From the NCBI GenBank assembly GCA_964187785.1, contig OZ076410.1, positions 77,252,001 to 77,315,810 of the forward strand: DNA of 63,810 nt. Reading direction: 5' to 3'. Shown here in pieces: positions 51,501 to 63,810 of the stretch (positions are counted from its first letter, which is position 1; each line of letters starts with the position of its first letter). A model generated the notes under the pieces. The model searched no databases and was not told the origin of the DNA. It saw nothing but the letters and a program-made list of their open reading frames with translations. The DNA comes from Amphiscolops sp. MND2022 (lineage: Eukaryota). A program made the translations under genes and the position numbers.

Positions 51501-51908
51501 CCGCGTCGGGTTTTTATACTTGAGTATATCTTCTTGCAGCTCATCAAAAATATAACCGTCCCAATACCTCGAACTTTCACATGGAATATAATAAAGTCCA
51601 ATCGAGTAGTCAACATGGTTAATACTTATGTTTAGCCAAAGCCCTAAGCTGGTTTCAGTGAACTGGAGTTTCATGTTTTTACGAACTAGGAAAGCAAGTC
51701 CCCGGAAACCTTTCAACATAGACTTATCTTTTCCGGTGAACGTTTCATGGTCATTAATTTCGTTTGCGTCAAAAACATTACTTAGAGTTTCCGTTAGTCC
51801 GACAATGTCATTTTCTTTGAATACTCGCTGGATTTCATTCAATGTTATTTTGCTGTTCAATCCTCTAACATTTAACAAACAGATTTTAATTGTTTTTTCC
51901 AAAGCCAT
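48596..51908 (-). pseudogene. LINE ORF2: apurinic-like endonuclease plus reverse transcriptase plus CCHC, frameshifted
   Basis: Endonuclease motifs NVRGL, LTET, GDFNARTG, IDY, SDIH; RT motifs NYRGISL, GVRQGDNLSP, YADD; C-terminal VYGELG and CSFC...DEYH..C. Open for 766 aa, then lesions at ~49612, ~49485 and ~48775. Confidence 0.92.
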
Positions 51909-51933
51909 AGGAGTTCTGTCTGGTATCTAATTG

Positions 51934-53013
51934 CTATTTCCCGAAAATTTCCTTCACCTTGGTATGGTCCCAGCCCAATTTGGATGGTAATTCTGCCAGA
52001 GAATTGATTGTTCCATGCGTCACATCGGAAGTGTATAAGAGTCTGTCCTCGTTAGTGCTGACTCTAAAACCTTCATTTTTCATGCGATAAAGCGCTCGTG
52101 ACCTAGCTCTGGTCAGTTGTTCATGAACGTAAACTTTGTAATGATCCAGTGAGTTTTAAAGGTGATGTTTCGACTGGAAAACTTCATTTTTTACACTTCG
52201 TCTCAGAAACTTGACAATTATAGGCCTCGGCTCCTCTTTTGGCCGGGTTCTCGTGTGTAAACGATGGCTAATTGAGACGTCGGCAGTGGTAATGTTCACT
52301 CCCATTGCCTGCGCAGTTTGTACTACTTTCTCGGTACAGTCTTCATACTCCATCTCGAGCAGACCAAAGAACAAAAGGCAGTCCCTTCTGCTGTATTGTT
52401 CCATGTTCTCCAGTCTACACTCGTTTGCAATGTCGAGACCAACTAGATGCTTTTCGTTTTCAGTAGGTTGGGGTTGACAGTGTTCCTGCTGAGCTCGTAT
52501 TGTTTCTGAAACTGTCTCAGCCACGCGTTCTTCGAAGTTTTGCTGCGTAAAACATCTGTTCTTGAGGTTGTCCAACTCCTTTTCTAAAATCTTTTTTTCT
52601 TTGATTAGATTCTCAATGGTTGATTGGATTCCGGTTATTTCTTCAGTGTTTCTGGTGAGTTCATTTTCCAGACCGATCAACTTCTGCGTTGTTTCATCGT
52701 TACTGGTTTTTAGTATTGCGACTGACTTAGAGACTTCTATTAGCTCCGCTTCAATTCTCTCATGTGTTTCACCGATACCGTTCAGCTTTTCATTTGTTTT
52801 AGTCAAGTTTGACGAAATGCAATCATTCACTTTTTTAAATTCGTCGTTTATATTGGCTGCAACACTTTCTTGTATGTTTTGGCTTATCAAGGGAAAGAGG
52901 GAGTTAACCAACTCTGTCACGTCCAAATTACTACTTGTCCTAGCACCCTTGGGCGAAGCACCCTTGGGCGAAGCTCTACCAGAAGTTGCTTGACTCTGTG
53001 ACCTCAACATCAT
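51934..53013 (-). pseudogene. LINE ORF1 (coiled coil plus RRM-like domain) with one premature stop
   Basis: MEQYSRRDCLLFFGL...HRL...RPIIVKF. TAA at 52156-52158 interrupts a frame that continues VYVHEQLTRAR...EIFGK to TAG at 51934. Likely start MMLRSQ at 53013. Confidence 0.85.
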
Positions 53014-54136
53014 GTTAAGCACACAATTCCAAAGTAGAAGAAGAAGAAGCGATAAATTCTGCAAAGACATCACTATATACGATACCCAAACCAGAAGAAC
53101 AAAATCTTTGCAGTTTTACAAACGTCATCAATTGGTCACAACGACCGAACCACACTGAGAGTAGCCCAGCGTCACCCACGTTGCGGAGGTAAAAAAAAGT
53201 TAGCAGGCCAAACAATTCATTGGTGTCCTGCCAAGAGCCCTGGTGGATGATAAAGTACTGCTAGTAAAACGTGGTTGAAGTTCAAAACGAATAATATCTT
53301 CAGCTTGAAACATCGTGCTACAGGGTGATATAAACCAGTCATAACAAGGTTGCATTGACTATAGGTTTGTTCAATGAATGTAGCAGTTCATTCTGAATCG
53401 ATCGATTTGATGAAGATTTTTGAGTGATTTTGCGTAGCAAGTTTTGTACGAAAGGTTAAGGTTGAGGTTATTCGGCTTAAACAACTATTTCATTTTAGCC
53501 TATTTTCCGCGCATATTCCCTAGACAGGAGGTGTTTCTTCTTGTTCGAAAGTTTTAGTTAATAAACTCAATTTGTCCCAAACTTAAGCAGTTTTCTGAAA
53601 CTGTAAACCTTTGTGACGTGAAATTCCCATAAACGTCTCAGAGCACAGCTGACGACATAGTGCTCACTTGCCAAGTTGTTGTTTCGAAACTCCCTATTAA
53701 CATCTATGCGTTTTTATCTCGATTTTACATCGAAAAAATTTAAATTTTTAAATCGGAAAGAATTTCGCAAAAATGTTAGGGTAATTAAAGTACCCATGGT
53801 GAACAGTATATCAGTCATTTCGACTGGGCTGAACAAAATGAGCATTACGAAATCTTCTGCTAGATGACGTCGCTTATAGTAAAAACACATGAAAAAAATT
53901 CCATTTGGGATAAATTTTACGTTTCAACGGCCAAACACCTTCGATACCGATTGATTCTTAATCCGGCTACAAGCCAACCGGGTTGTCGTCCAACTGGTTC
54001 CCGATGTCAATAGGAGCAAGAATACGATGTCAATAGGAGATACGAAACGGGCAAGTTGATTTGAATATCGACCACAGTTGATTAGATTTTTGATTTGTCC
54101 ACAACCCTGTTGAACTGCCTCAAACGTTTGAAAACA

Positions 54137-54171
54137 AACAAGACGCCCGCTGAGCACCGGGATATTTTCCG
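54137..54171 (-). repeat. Third copy of the 35-bp hairpin terminus
   Basis: Minus strand CGGAAAATATCCCGGTGCTCAGCGGGCGTCTTGTT; adjacent 18-bp tandem duplication at ~54192-54232. Confidence 0.75.
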
Positions 54172-56859
54172 CATCAACTGACCCATATATGGCCACGGTG
54201 CTCAGCCATAGCCACGATGCTCAGCTATAGCTATTTTAGTTACTTGACTATCTTAGAAATAGTCAAGTAGTGAATGGAGATCGTGGAGATTTGGCAGAAT
54301 TTGGAAAAAAAACGGAACACATGTAATGATCACCTATCTTCGACATGAAAACTCTGAAAAATTCGTTGAATGACAGATCAGGGGACTAGAATTTGGTGAT
54401 TTCGGGCATATTTCGCCAACAGACTCCGTGTCTTAAAAAAGTCCTGCCAGCCAAATTAAAGAGGCCCAGAGCGATTCATTCAGAGTAAGAGAGACCCCGC
54501 AAGAAGCTAGAACAAAAGACCGCGTATCGGGTGTGAAAATGGACTGAAACTCGGTAATGATACGGACTCTTTCTGGTCCGTATACTTTGGACATACTTTC
54601 ATGAGCATGTTGCTACCAATTGTTGCAATTACCTAAAATGCGTCTTGAAATTGCCTAATTAAGCATCCATTCTTGTGCCCCACTAATTATCGCCTTGCCG
54701 AGTTGACTGTGCAGTGAAATATCGATTATCCAGATGTTTTAGCTCGTTAGCTACTTTTTCGTCGTAACATGAACCTCTGATGCAGAAATTTGTTTTCGCC
54801 ACCATCTCTATTTTTTAAGGCTGTTTGAGTGGTAATTTCGACAGAAAAAGGGTAATTCACACTACGGATAGCAGTGACAGACTGGAAAAGGCAACAAGTA
54901 CTCCACAGGAGGCGGAATGTTCCTCTGACGGGACAATGTTTACCCGAAGGAGGCAAAATTGATCCATGGCTATGGGCGCCATGGGGCAAATACCCATGCT
55001 GTAGGTTCCTCCGGCTCTATGATTTAACGGCGACAATGGTGAGAGCTTGTCGTTACAACAGATTATGATTTTCCTCCCCCCATTAATTGTGGGCGGAAAA
55101 AATAAGACTCTGAGGATTTTATTCGGAGAAATTGACCGGATTTTTACACACTGAGTTTTAAAGACTTTCAATCGTAACTTAATTATACTTCGACAAATTA
55201 TACTTCAATCATTTCGAAACAAATCGAGTGTCGCCATAAACCATCTCCATATGCCCAGCACTAAAACTTTTTGGAAACCCATTGTTCTCTCTATGAAAAT
55301 AGACATGCTTATAAATCGGGAGCGAATCGAAACAAGCATATGAGGATTAATCGGTAATCATTAGCAGTCTAGAACTTTTATGTGCCTCTTGTAGTTGGTG
55401 TGTATAGGGAAAAAATTGACATGAAAGTAAGAAAATTTAAAATAGACTCCGGAGGTTTTCCGAAGTTTCAAATATACATTCATTATGCCTCTTTAATAAC
55501 AAAACAACATAGTCATGATTTCTGAATTATGAAACATTCTCAAAACTCAGTTGATTACGAAAACCTCGGTATACAAATTCCTGTTGTCATTTTGCTTAGA
55601 TAACAGTGAAAAGACAATTTTTGGAATACACTCATTGATTTCTTCCATAGAAACTTAGACAAAGTAGACCTTTTGAAACCAAATGTGCTTTGAAATGATT
55701 CCACTTGGACTGACGGTGTTGCGACAGGTCCAATGACGTCACCGAGGGCAGTGTCCGCTGAGAGTGTGAAGAAAAAACGTTTTAGCAAAAAAAATTTTTG
55801 ACAAATAATCGTTTTTTGGAAAAAGGTTATTCTGTGCAGCAATGTTAAAAAGAGATGACTCTTACTGGTTGGAGTGGAAAAAAAATCATTTTTCGAATAC
55901 AAGTGCTGATTTTGACTTCAAATTTGTATCTTCATTATCATTGAAATGATTCTAATTTTTATTGACCTAGATTTTTTTGAAGCGTCCTAAGACACACTTT
56001 TTTCGTATTCCGTTTCATGGCCAACAATGATAATAAGTCTGGTCCATAATTTCCTGCCAAATTTCTTTGGACAAATTCTCGAAGTTTTTCCTAAGATTTG
56101 ATTTTTTGAGTATTTCTAAATAGAATTGTAATTTTATTGATGTGAATTGCACAAGATAGACTTTTCCCTGTACTTCTGTTACTGAATATTTTACCTCCGA
56201 ATGTTTCAGGATGCTGTAAATACAAATTTAGTATACTGTAACCCAGAAATGTTTTTTTTTGCTTGCGTGGTAATAAAATCGTTTAAATCGACTCCTAGTC
56301 AAATAAAATTGCTTAGATCAACAGCTGAAACTGTTTTTAATTCTTGACGTCTCTAACTTTTTCGCTCCTTTGTTAATGCATCTACGCACATGTGATGATA
56401 CTTTTTGAACAATGCCATAGCAATAAATTTTGACGCTATAAATGTCTAGGCTTCATTGTTTCAAAATGCAATTGTTCTCTCTCGGCTCCTCTGGATTTCG
56501 TTTGGTGATAACATTTTGTTTCACGTGACAAAGAAAACAGACACAAAAAATTAGGTCTCCATGACGCACGGCCTTTTCTCACGAACAGCTTGTTGCCAAA
56601 CTTTTGCGCAAAAATCCAAATACATTCATTTTAACTCTGACTGACTGTCTATTTTGTTTTCTGATGGGATAATTAATTCAATAGACAATATATTTCTTTT
56701 ATTGTATTGTATTTTTCTATTACACTAGACTTGAATTTTTTGTTAGAAATGGAATAATATTGTTGAAAATCATGAATCTTATTCTCTCAGTTAATTGACA
56801 ACAATTCTCAACAATTAACGACCGAAGTACATGTACGCATGAAATTGCATGAAACCCCT

Positions 56860-57238
56860 TTTTTATTAGTCGGCGTTTTCGAAGAAAATCCCGACTCTTA
56901 CAGTGGCTAGTTTTTTTTCGTCTGTTCAACGCGTAACGTCCACTTTTTGTGCATTAAGGCAATTAATGCACATTTACCAATTTTTACCATATGTACTTAG
57001 TACTACATTTTCAACGCATCCAAAGCGTCTAACATGAGATAAAAAGCGCCCTTTTGCATTTTTCGGCACTATGCGACTTACCGGAAACTTCGAAAAAAAA
57101 ATTCAAAAAAAAATTCGGAATTTTTTTCTCAATTTTTAGTTTTTTGAGAGCTTTTGTTGTCTCCAGTTGTAGAAAAAGTGGTTTTCGAGTCTTTTTGAGC
57201 CTTAGATATGGCGCCGACTTGGGCCGTTCCCGGCTTGT
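56860..57238 (+). mobile_element. HINE family copy
   Basis: 5' attAGTCGGcgttttcgaagaaaatcCCGACT hairpin; 3' GCGCCGACT-tgg-GCCG-ttcc-CGGC-ttgt. Confidence 0.75.
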
Positions 57239-58769
57239 ATATCTTTACGGTGTCTCCTACTGCAGGTTCTACTAATTCCGAGTGCACTCTTGCTTTTGTT
57301 ACCATCACTGCATGCACTTTATGTACTGTGTGTGTAGTCTTCGGTCTGAGGTCGTACGGTTCTGATGGGAGATCCCAAGAAACACAAGATTTACCACACA
57401 AGGCATGCGTGTACCCTAAATCGAAAGTTCAGCCGAGTGTGCAAAATAGCAAACGGTCTCTTGCCTATTATTTTTTTACCTTTCATTGCCTTTCATTACC
57501 TTTCATCTGAAAAAAGTACTTGGCAGCCTAAAAAACCCAAAAGTTCTAACGATTTGAACTAGGGTCTTGCAAGAAAACTTTCGAAGAACTTTCTAAGTCT
57601 ATGAAAAAAACCTTGACAGCATTCCAGCAATTTTTTGATGAAGACATGTCTTTATGAAGAAACGCAACTTTCGTTTTTTGAAGGTCAGCAACTTGGTATG
57701 CAAAACAAACCTGAAAGCGGAAGCGAACTATGCTTTTGTGTTCAAATTATTCATCTTAAATGTCTAAGGTTTAGTATTGGGAAACAGGGAATCATTCAGA
57801 GCTACAGCATAAACTGTTAAGTTAGTCATCGTCTACTTCGTAAGTAACAGCCGTTTTCCAAAAGTTGGTTCCAATGAACCGTTCATTGTCTTTGGGGTGT
57901 CAAAGACGATTTGCGACGAACGAATTTTGTCACACTTCAATTCTTCAGAGGCTCTGAAACGGAAAACTAGTGAAAAATTTGTCCGGATGCCTTTTTGTGT
58001 AGTATGGAGCAAAACAACTCACAAATGATTTTTAAAGAGAGAAGAACTAAAAATCTGGTTCAATCGTTCTGTATTTGTTACTCATATTGTCTGCTGCCAG
58101 AAAACAAAAGCTCCGGAAGAAAATCAATAGACGCATTATTGATTTTCGGTTGATAATGTTGCAAATTTTTCAACTTCGTTTGGAAGCGCTTTTGCAGTAC
58201 TTTTGAGAAATCAATTTCCATTAGAAATCATGTTTCCTTTTTTCCTTTTGTTCATTTTTTTCATTCTCTTGTAAAACAGTAGTCAGCAAAAGGTCAAAAA
58301 ATTATCCAGGTCTGTAAACATCTAAAAATATTTCTTTTGTCAAATATTCCGACGTTCATTCTTTTTGAACATAATGAAACATGAGAAGTTTTTCTGTTAC
58401 TTATTGATTCAAAATTGTTTCCCTGTGATTTCATAAAAATTGATGAACACTGATGTGTAATGTTTTCAGAGATATTTTAATGTTGAGATGAAATTTGTGT
58501 TTTTTAAAATCATGGTCAGAAATAGAAAAAAATATCCACTTTCGAACTCAGAAAGTAGCATCATTTTCTTTTTCCGCAAAAAAATAGTACATTATTGGCT
58601 GATCAGCTATAATTTTCAAGGTTTTCTATTTTTCCGTCTGAAAATTGATCATTTTGTCATCCTTCACTTTTCCTTCATTTTCACTTTCATTTGATGACTG
58701 ACCTTCATTTTAGGGCTTTTCTTTTGTGATTCGGAATTTTTAAAGATATATATTATATTGAGTATGCGT

Positions 58770-58965
58770 TCAGGTTGAGAAATCCACTCGCAGCGATACT
58801 GCATGAACACAATCACGCTTATACCCCCACCTTGAAATTCTTGTCTCACCCTGTTGTATTCCACTAAAAAGTTGCTAAGAAAGGTTCGCATGTAATATTG
58901 TATTCCATCGTGTAACATGAAAAGGAATATGAATGATTGTACACCAGTATACAAGAATTTACAAA
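58770..58965 (-). pseudogene. Possible Tc1-like transposase remnant (region of first catalytic Asp)
   Basis: FLYTGVQSFIFLFMLHDGIQYYMR...QEFQGGGISVIVF resembles Tc1 VLFTDESKF...DG...R...HGGGSVMVW; key DE residues are substituted. Confidence 0.35.
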
Positions 58966-58976
58966 TTCAACAAAAA

Positions 58977-59072
58977 TGTTAGCAGGTACCTTACTGCCTT
59001 TATTACGTTTGACCTTCACGGTCTAATACTGAACTTAATATTGTGACATCTTAACATCTGTCACAATCCACA
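58977..59072 (-). repeat. Putative 3' LTR (possibly partial) of gypsy copy 4
   Basis: PPT GAAGAAGAGGGAA (59085-59073) directly followed by TGTGG; AATAAA present; candidate end ...CTAACA at 58977 is uncertain. Confidence 0.45.
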
Positions 59073-62000
59073 TTCCCTCTTCTTCAAAAAAGAGAAAAGT
59101 AATATAAAAAAACTACATGACTAATTTACTCATTAAATGAATAAGTTTATCGGTTATAATACAACGTAACCGGAAACTAAAATGTTTAGAGTTTTGAAAG
59201 TATCGCTTTGGACGGTAATATCGTGTCCTTGCAACTCACTTACCGATCTTATGCATCCACTCTCGCGACTGGCCAATCAAATCGTTCCATTTGTACACCG
59301 TAATTCCTCTAAAATTTAATGCGTTATTGTAATGCCAGAGCGTATTATGGGATTAGAGGATTTTATTCGTGAGGATTTTCGTGTTGTTATTTCTTCGTTT
59401 TGGTTATTGTTTGTGTTCATGTTTATATCCTCTATTTGTTCGATTTTTGTTTCATTGGTATTACCGTTTCGGTCTACCACCGTGATCACATCTGGATTTT
59501 CTTCCGCATCTCGTCTAGCTTCTTCTTGTTGTTCTTCGGACATGTACTCTGGGTGCACTTCTCAGGTTGCTCTCTGCCCTGGGGATTGTTCTGCTCTGTT
59601 TGGGATTAGCTTCTTTCTTCCCCTCCCGTAAACTAGGCTAATGTTGGTCGGGCTTCTTTGCAAAGTTGTTTTCAGTAAAATGTCCTGCAGGATTCGGGTT
59701 TTAATTCACCCTGCATGGTCAGTTTCTTCCTATGCTTATTATTTTTTGAATGTCTTTGCATGAAACGACCGTTCGATCCTCTCGGGTTCTGTCCTCGTTG
59801 CGATAATGTGTTCTGAAAAACACTCGTTAGAGGTTTACGTGCTCGTTTTCGGTGTATTCTTTTGTTTTTATTAGCTGTTATTGTATATTTTGTTCCCGCT
59901 ATTACTGTTTGCGGTTTTGTGTTGTATGCACCTTCGAATTTGTTTCCGTTTTCTCTTTTTTTTTCAAGAAAAGGTAAGGGAAGCTATTACTCACGTCTTC
60001 CTCAAATAGTCGCGACATTTTCATAACCAGTTGGTCGTAATGTCCGTCGTTGCTTGCAAGGAGCAGACTTGCAACGTTTCTGGCTTTTCTGAAACATAAT
60101 TCGATTTTGCTTCGGTGATAAATTTAGGTAGTTTTTCATTTCCGACATAGGTTTTCTGTCACTGTGTTTCTCGAACGGGGATTTTTTAATGCTGGAATGG
60201 AGCGTTGTTCTCATCAAAGTTAACGAACGGTCTAACGCTTCATTCGATGTGCATCCGTCCCATCGATTTGTTGTCTTGTAATCTTGCAGTATTTTTACTT
60301 TTCGACAATACCGATTGAAAGATGTATATATTGTGTTTCATATATTAGTTTAATATTTAGGTTTTCACCAATTTCTCCTTGCGATAAAGGCCGTGCATTT
60401 ATCCGTTGTGATAGTTTGAGGAAAACCATTAAGTGCTATGTTTTGCTCCAGAAAGTTTTTTGCTTTCCTTCCTCTAGGTGTTCCGCATATGCAAAAGGCC
60501 GGCCACCTACTTTATTGGTCTATTGATGTTAATATGAAAAATTTTCTTTGTGTGAGTCCTATTTGTCGAATGAAATCCAATTGGTCATCGTTGAACACTA
60601 CTCAGAATCTCGTCGATAAGATTTTGACAAAGGATTTATAGTGGTTGACTTTTAGTGGTTTGATTTGTTGTTAGGCGTTCCAGGCACACCAGAGTTTTCA
60701 ATAGCTTGTCATCATTGGTGGTCTTTTTTGAATCGTTTGTAGGTCCGTTGAAACTTTTCACTTCGCTTACTTTGCTGTTCCCTCTAGGTTCCTTTCTTTT
60801 TGCTTAGACGTGGTTTTCTTCACCCATTTGAATATTTCTTAAACCAGTTGCCCCTAGAAACTTCTCGAAGATAATAGCCGGTACTTCTGGGGAGTCCTTT
60901 GAATTGCTTGACATTGGTTCTTCCCATTTTGGTTCGGTCTCAATTGCTGTTGTTTATCTGCTAGTCCCTAGATGGCTCTCGGTATTTGGCCCTGGGGTAT
61001 TATTTTTTCTCAATCACCCTGTACAGATCCTACTTCTATTTTTTTTCTGGTGTTTCTTGGTTGTTTCCTTTCATTCATTTTCAAAGGAGTGGGTTTTTGA
61101 TGTGATTCCAATCCGTTTCGGTGCAATGAAATCATGGGTAGATCAATTTTTTCCAAACTCCATTGCTCATGTGGTAATCTCCTGGTTTCACCAGCTTCTT
61201 CTATCTAATTGTCAGAGATGAAGTTTCTTCGGAAGAATCTTCTCGCTCCAATTGCTCGATTTTGCTAATATTCATTTCGGTTTCGCTTCCTAGTGGTTTG
61301 TGATTAATCACGTATTGAAGTGTGTTTTGACTTAAATGCAACGAACGAACTGCGATCGTTCAATTTGTTTCCTTTTCGCTTCTGTTTGTTTTGGTAGCTG
61401 TTTTGTGATTGGCTGGTTTTTTGTCCGCACTCTTTCGAATGATCTGGTTGTATTTCTTTCTTCTTTGACTCGTTGATGCCACCGTGATTATTTATGAACT
61501 CATTTATTGGTTATACGCACATGATTATGTATGCTTCCTCATAAATTTCAGGTTTTGACACTGGGTTTTTATTTATATTACAGTTAAAGCTGACTGTTTA
61601 CACGCGATAGGCTATAATGTCAAAATGTGCTAATCTAATCAACCATCGCTTTTATCTTGCACTGTACGTTTTGATCGTTCTATTTTTTAATGGCTCTAGT
61701 GCTTGATGATCTGTAAGTAAATCAACCGGTCTTCCGTAAATATGTAGTCTGAAATGTTACAGTCCCCATACCACTGTGAATAATGCCTGTTCGTTTATTG
61801 CATGTTCATTATCGATATCAGATAAAAAACTACTTGCGTATCCGATCGGTTTTAAATTACTGTCTCTCTATCGTTGCCACAGTGTTGCTCCCAAGCTTTT
61901 CGTACTGGCGTTTGTTGTTTATATATTCCCGTTATTTTCGACGGTGAAATTTACTAAACCGGCAATGTTGGTATGGTTTCTTCTATAATGTTGAATGCGT

Positions 62001-63810
62001 TCGGGTGTTCGTTTTTCCAGTTCCAATTATTTTGTTTCTCCAATATTTTTCTCAAAAAATCAATGTTGGATGACAAATTTCTCATGTATTTTGAGAGGTT
62101 TTGAGTTGCTCCCAAAAATTATTTTAGTTTTTTTTCGTTTTTCGGTGTGTTAATTTTTATTATCGCTTCCAGTTTATTTTATAAGAGGCGTACTCCTTAA
62201 TGGTCGTTTTTAGGTCCAACCTATTCGATTTTGTTTTTGGAGAATCCGCACTTCTTTGGGTTTAATCTCTACTGAGTTTCCTAGTTTTATCACTGTTTCA
62301 TGGACTTCCGTTTCGTGTTTCGTCATGTCTCTTGTTGTTACTATTATCATATCGTCGAGCCATGCCGGATGTTTTTGTTTCAAATTTTATCGATCCCTCC
62401 CTGAAAAATTGTTTGGATACGTATGCATAGTCGACATTTATTTTTGTTGCAAAATTTTGGCCGTCGCCACCTTCAGATATTTTTTTGATGTTCTTGAGAT
62501 TAGTTCTTCCATTTTCCGCAATTGTGTATTTCTTTCCATTGTTACTTAGTTGAGTTTTCTTTGCGCTAGTGCCATTTTGATTGCTTTATGTTTCTTCACT
62601 GTTAAAACTGCTGGGCTTACGAAACAATCTTCCATTATTGCGGTTGCTCGTTCCAGGCATCCATTTTCTATCAATCGCTACATTTGTTTTGCTTCTTGTT
62701 CTAGTAAATGTATTGGTATTGGTCGTCCTTTTTGCTTTAAAACGCGTGTCCCTTCTTGCAGGTTTCTTTTTACTGATATGTCTTTGACCTCTCTATTGTT
62801 GTAGAAAAGATCTTTGAACTCGTTCTTCAGTTAGAGCATTTTCTTCCGTTTGGTCCAATTGAATGTTGTGTATTTGTACTCCACTGTCATCGGTGATAGA
62901 GTTTTTTGATGTTGTCGCTTTCGTTAGTACCAGTTGTAACTGTATTGAAATTTTGTTTGTTTTGACGGTTGCTTCCATCTGACCAGTGACATCAATCCTA
63001 TGATTGTTCACATCTTTATAAAGGGTGTTTTATGGTTCCACATCAGTTATATCGTTAAACAAACATTTTGGCATTAGTGTAACTGGCGATCCGCTGTCAA
63101 TAAAGAATATGATTGGCATCTTATTAACCAATAGCGTCGTTTTGTAGAATACTTTCTGTTTATTGCCGATTATCTTTTGAAGTTTGTTGTAATCCCAGTT
63201 GTCTTTTTTGCCAATGAGGTCTTCCTTCCGATGTGTTGTATTTTCTTCAAAAATTGCTACGTTTTTCCGAAGTGTCCTCTTCGTTTGCAGTGTGTGCATT
63301 CTGCGGAATTCACCAGAAAGTTGTGTTGACTTGACCAGCTTGGGGGCAGCACTGTCCGCAACAGTTGTCTTCATATTTTGTTCTCTGACAATCCCGTTTA
63401 TTTTTGTGTCTTTCGTAAATGGATTTTCTGACCACTTTCGTTTGAACTGTCGTTCTTGATCATGTTGTATTCCTCTGCCATCGTTTGAATTGTTTGTATC
63501 ATTCAATCGGTCGTACATGTGCTCGTAATCCCGAATTTTATCAGCTCCGTAAGTTATTCGATAGTCATGTTGCTCTTCCGTATTTTCTTCTATGATTCGT
63601 AGTCACCTGTCGATCGTCCGATTAATTATAAGAAGTTGGAAGCTATCAGATCTTCCGGGTTCACATTTTCGAACTGGCAGTTTTTTCTATTTGTAGGATT
63701 CTCGTGCATACGTTGTCAACTGTATCATTTTTCTCTCCGTGTGATTCCGAAAAAATCCGAAAAACTTGGCGCGACTGTGGAGTTTATTTCGCTTTATATG
63801 TTTATGTATT
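59073..63810 (-). mobile_element. Decayed Ty3/gypsy copy 4 (gag-PR-RT-RH-spacer-IN-tail), continues past the window end
   Basis: MYDRLNDTNNS as in copy 1; FIDSGSPVTLMP; AWLDD (~62355); RNase H region 61700-61920; integrase region ~60000-60640; tail RKSSRIKSSNP at 59316. Many stops and frameshifts. Confidence 0.9.

Larger units (their letters stand above)
48523..53035 (-). mobile_element. Near full-length non-LTR retrotransposon (LINE, RTEX-like), two ORFs, (TTC)n tail
   Basis: ORF1 plus APE-RT ORF2 plus C-terminal CxxC...H..C; short 3' UTR ending in ~7 TTC repeats at 48523-48544. The 5' boundary is uncertain and may extend to ~53300. Confidence 0.9.

Noticed and set aside
53160-53240. HDV-like ribozyme upstream of the LINE (ACC-TCC...GGT on the minus strand)
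   Set aside because: L3 is too long and no P1/P2 partners could be paired by eye.
57362-57383. Hammerhead-like CTGATG...GAAAC
   Set aside because: Core reads CTGATGG and stem II is not flush with GAAA.

Overview
AT-rich eukaryotic (animal) genomic DNA with spliceosomal GT-AG introns. I found no prokaryotic operons, rRNA or CRISPR. The left ~13 kb holds four minus-strand coding exons (896-1029, 7016-7303, 8194-8361, 12998-13171) that splice in frame into Ig I-set domains resembling Ig1, Ig2 and the start of Ig3 of a Roundabout (Robo)-like receptor. Its signal-peptide exon was not located and its 3' part runs off or is unresolved to the left. From ~16 kb onward the window is dominated by transposable elements: a 508-bp hAT deletion derivative (perfect 12-bp TIRs, 8-bp TSD), a nest of foldback-type elements (20.8-22.7 kb), four decayed related Ty3/gypsy copies, a nest of TA-flanked MITEs, a nearly full-length two-ORF LINE (RTEX-like), a tRNA-derived SINE-like element, a Tc1-like remnant, and at least eight copies or fragments of a repeat with Helentron/DINE-1 (HINE) architecture. 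Most short ORFs in the supplied track are artefacts of these repeats. I found no convincing wholly new biological system. The most promising oddities are a tRNA-like head joined to a Helentron-type 3' terminus, a conserved domain inserted between RNase H and integrase in the gypsy elements, and repeated self-nesting of elements. All family assignments come from manual motif reading, not database searches.
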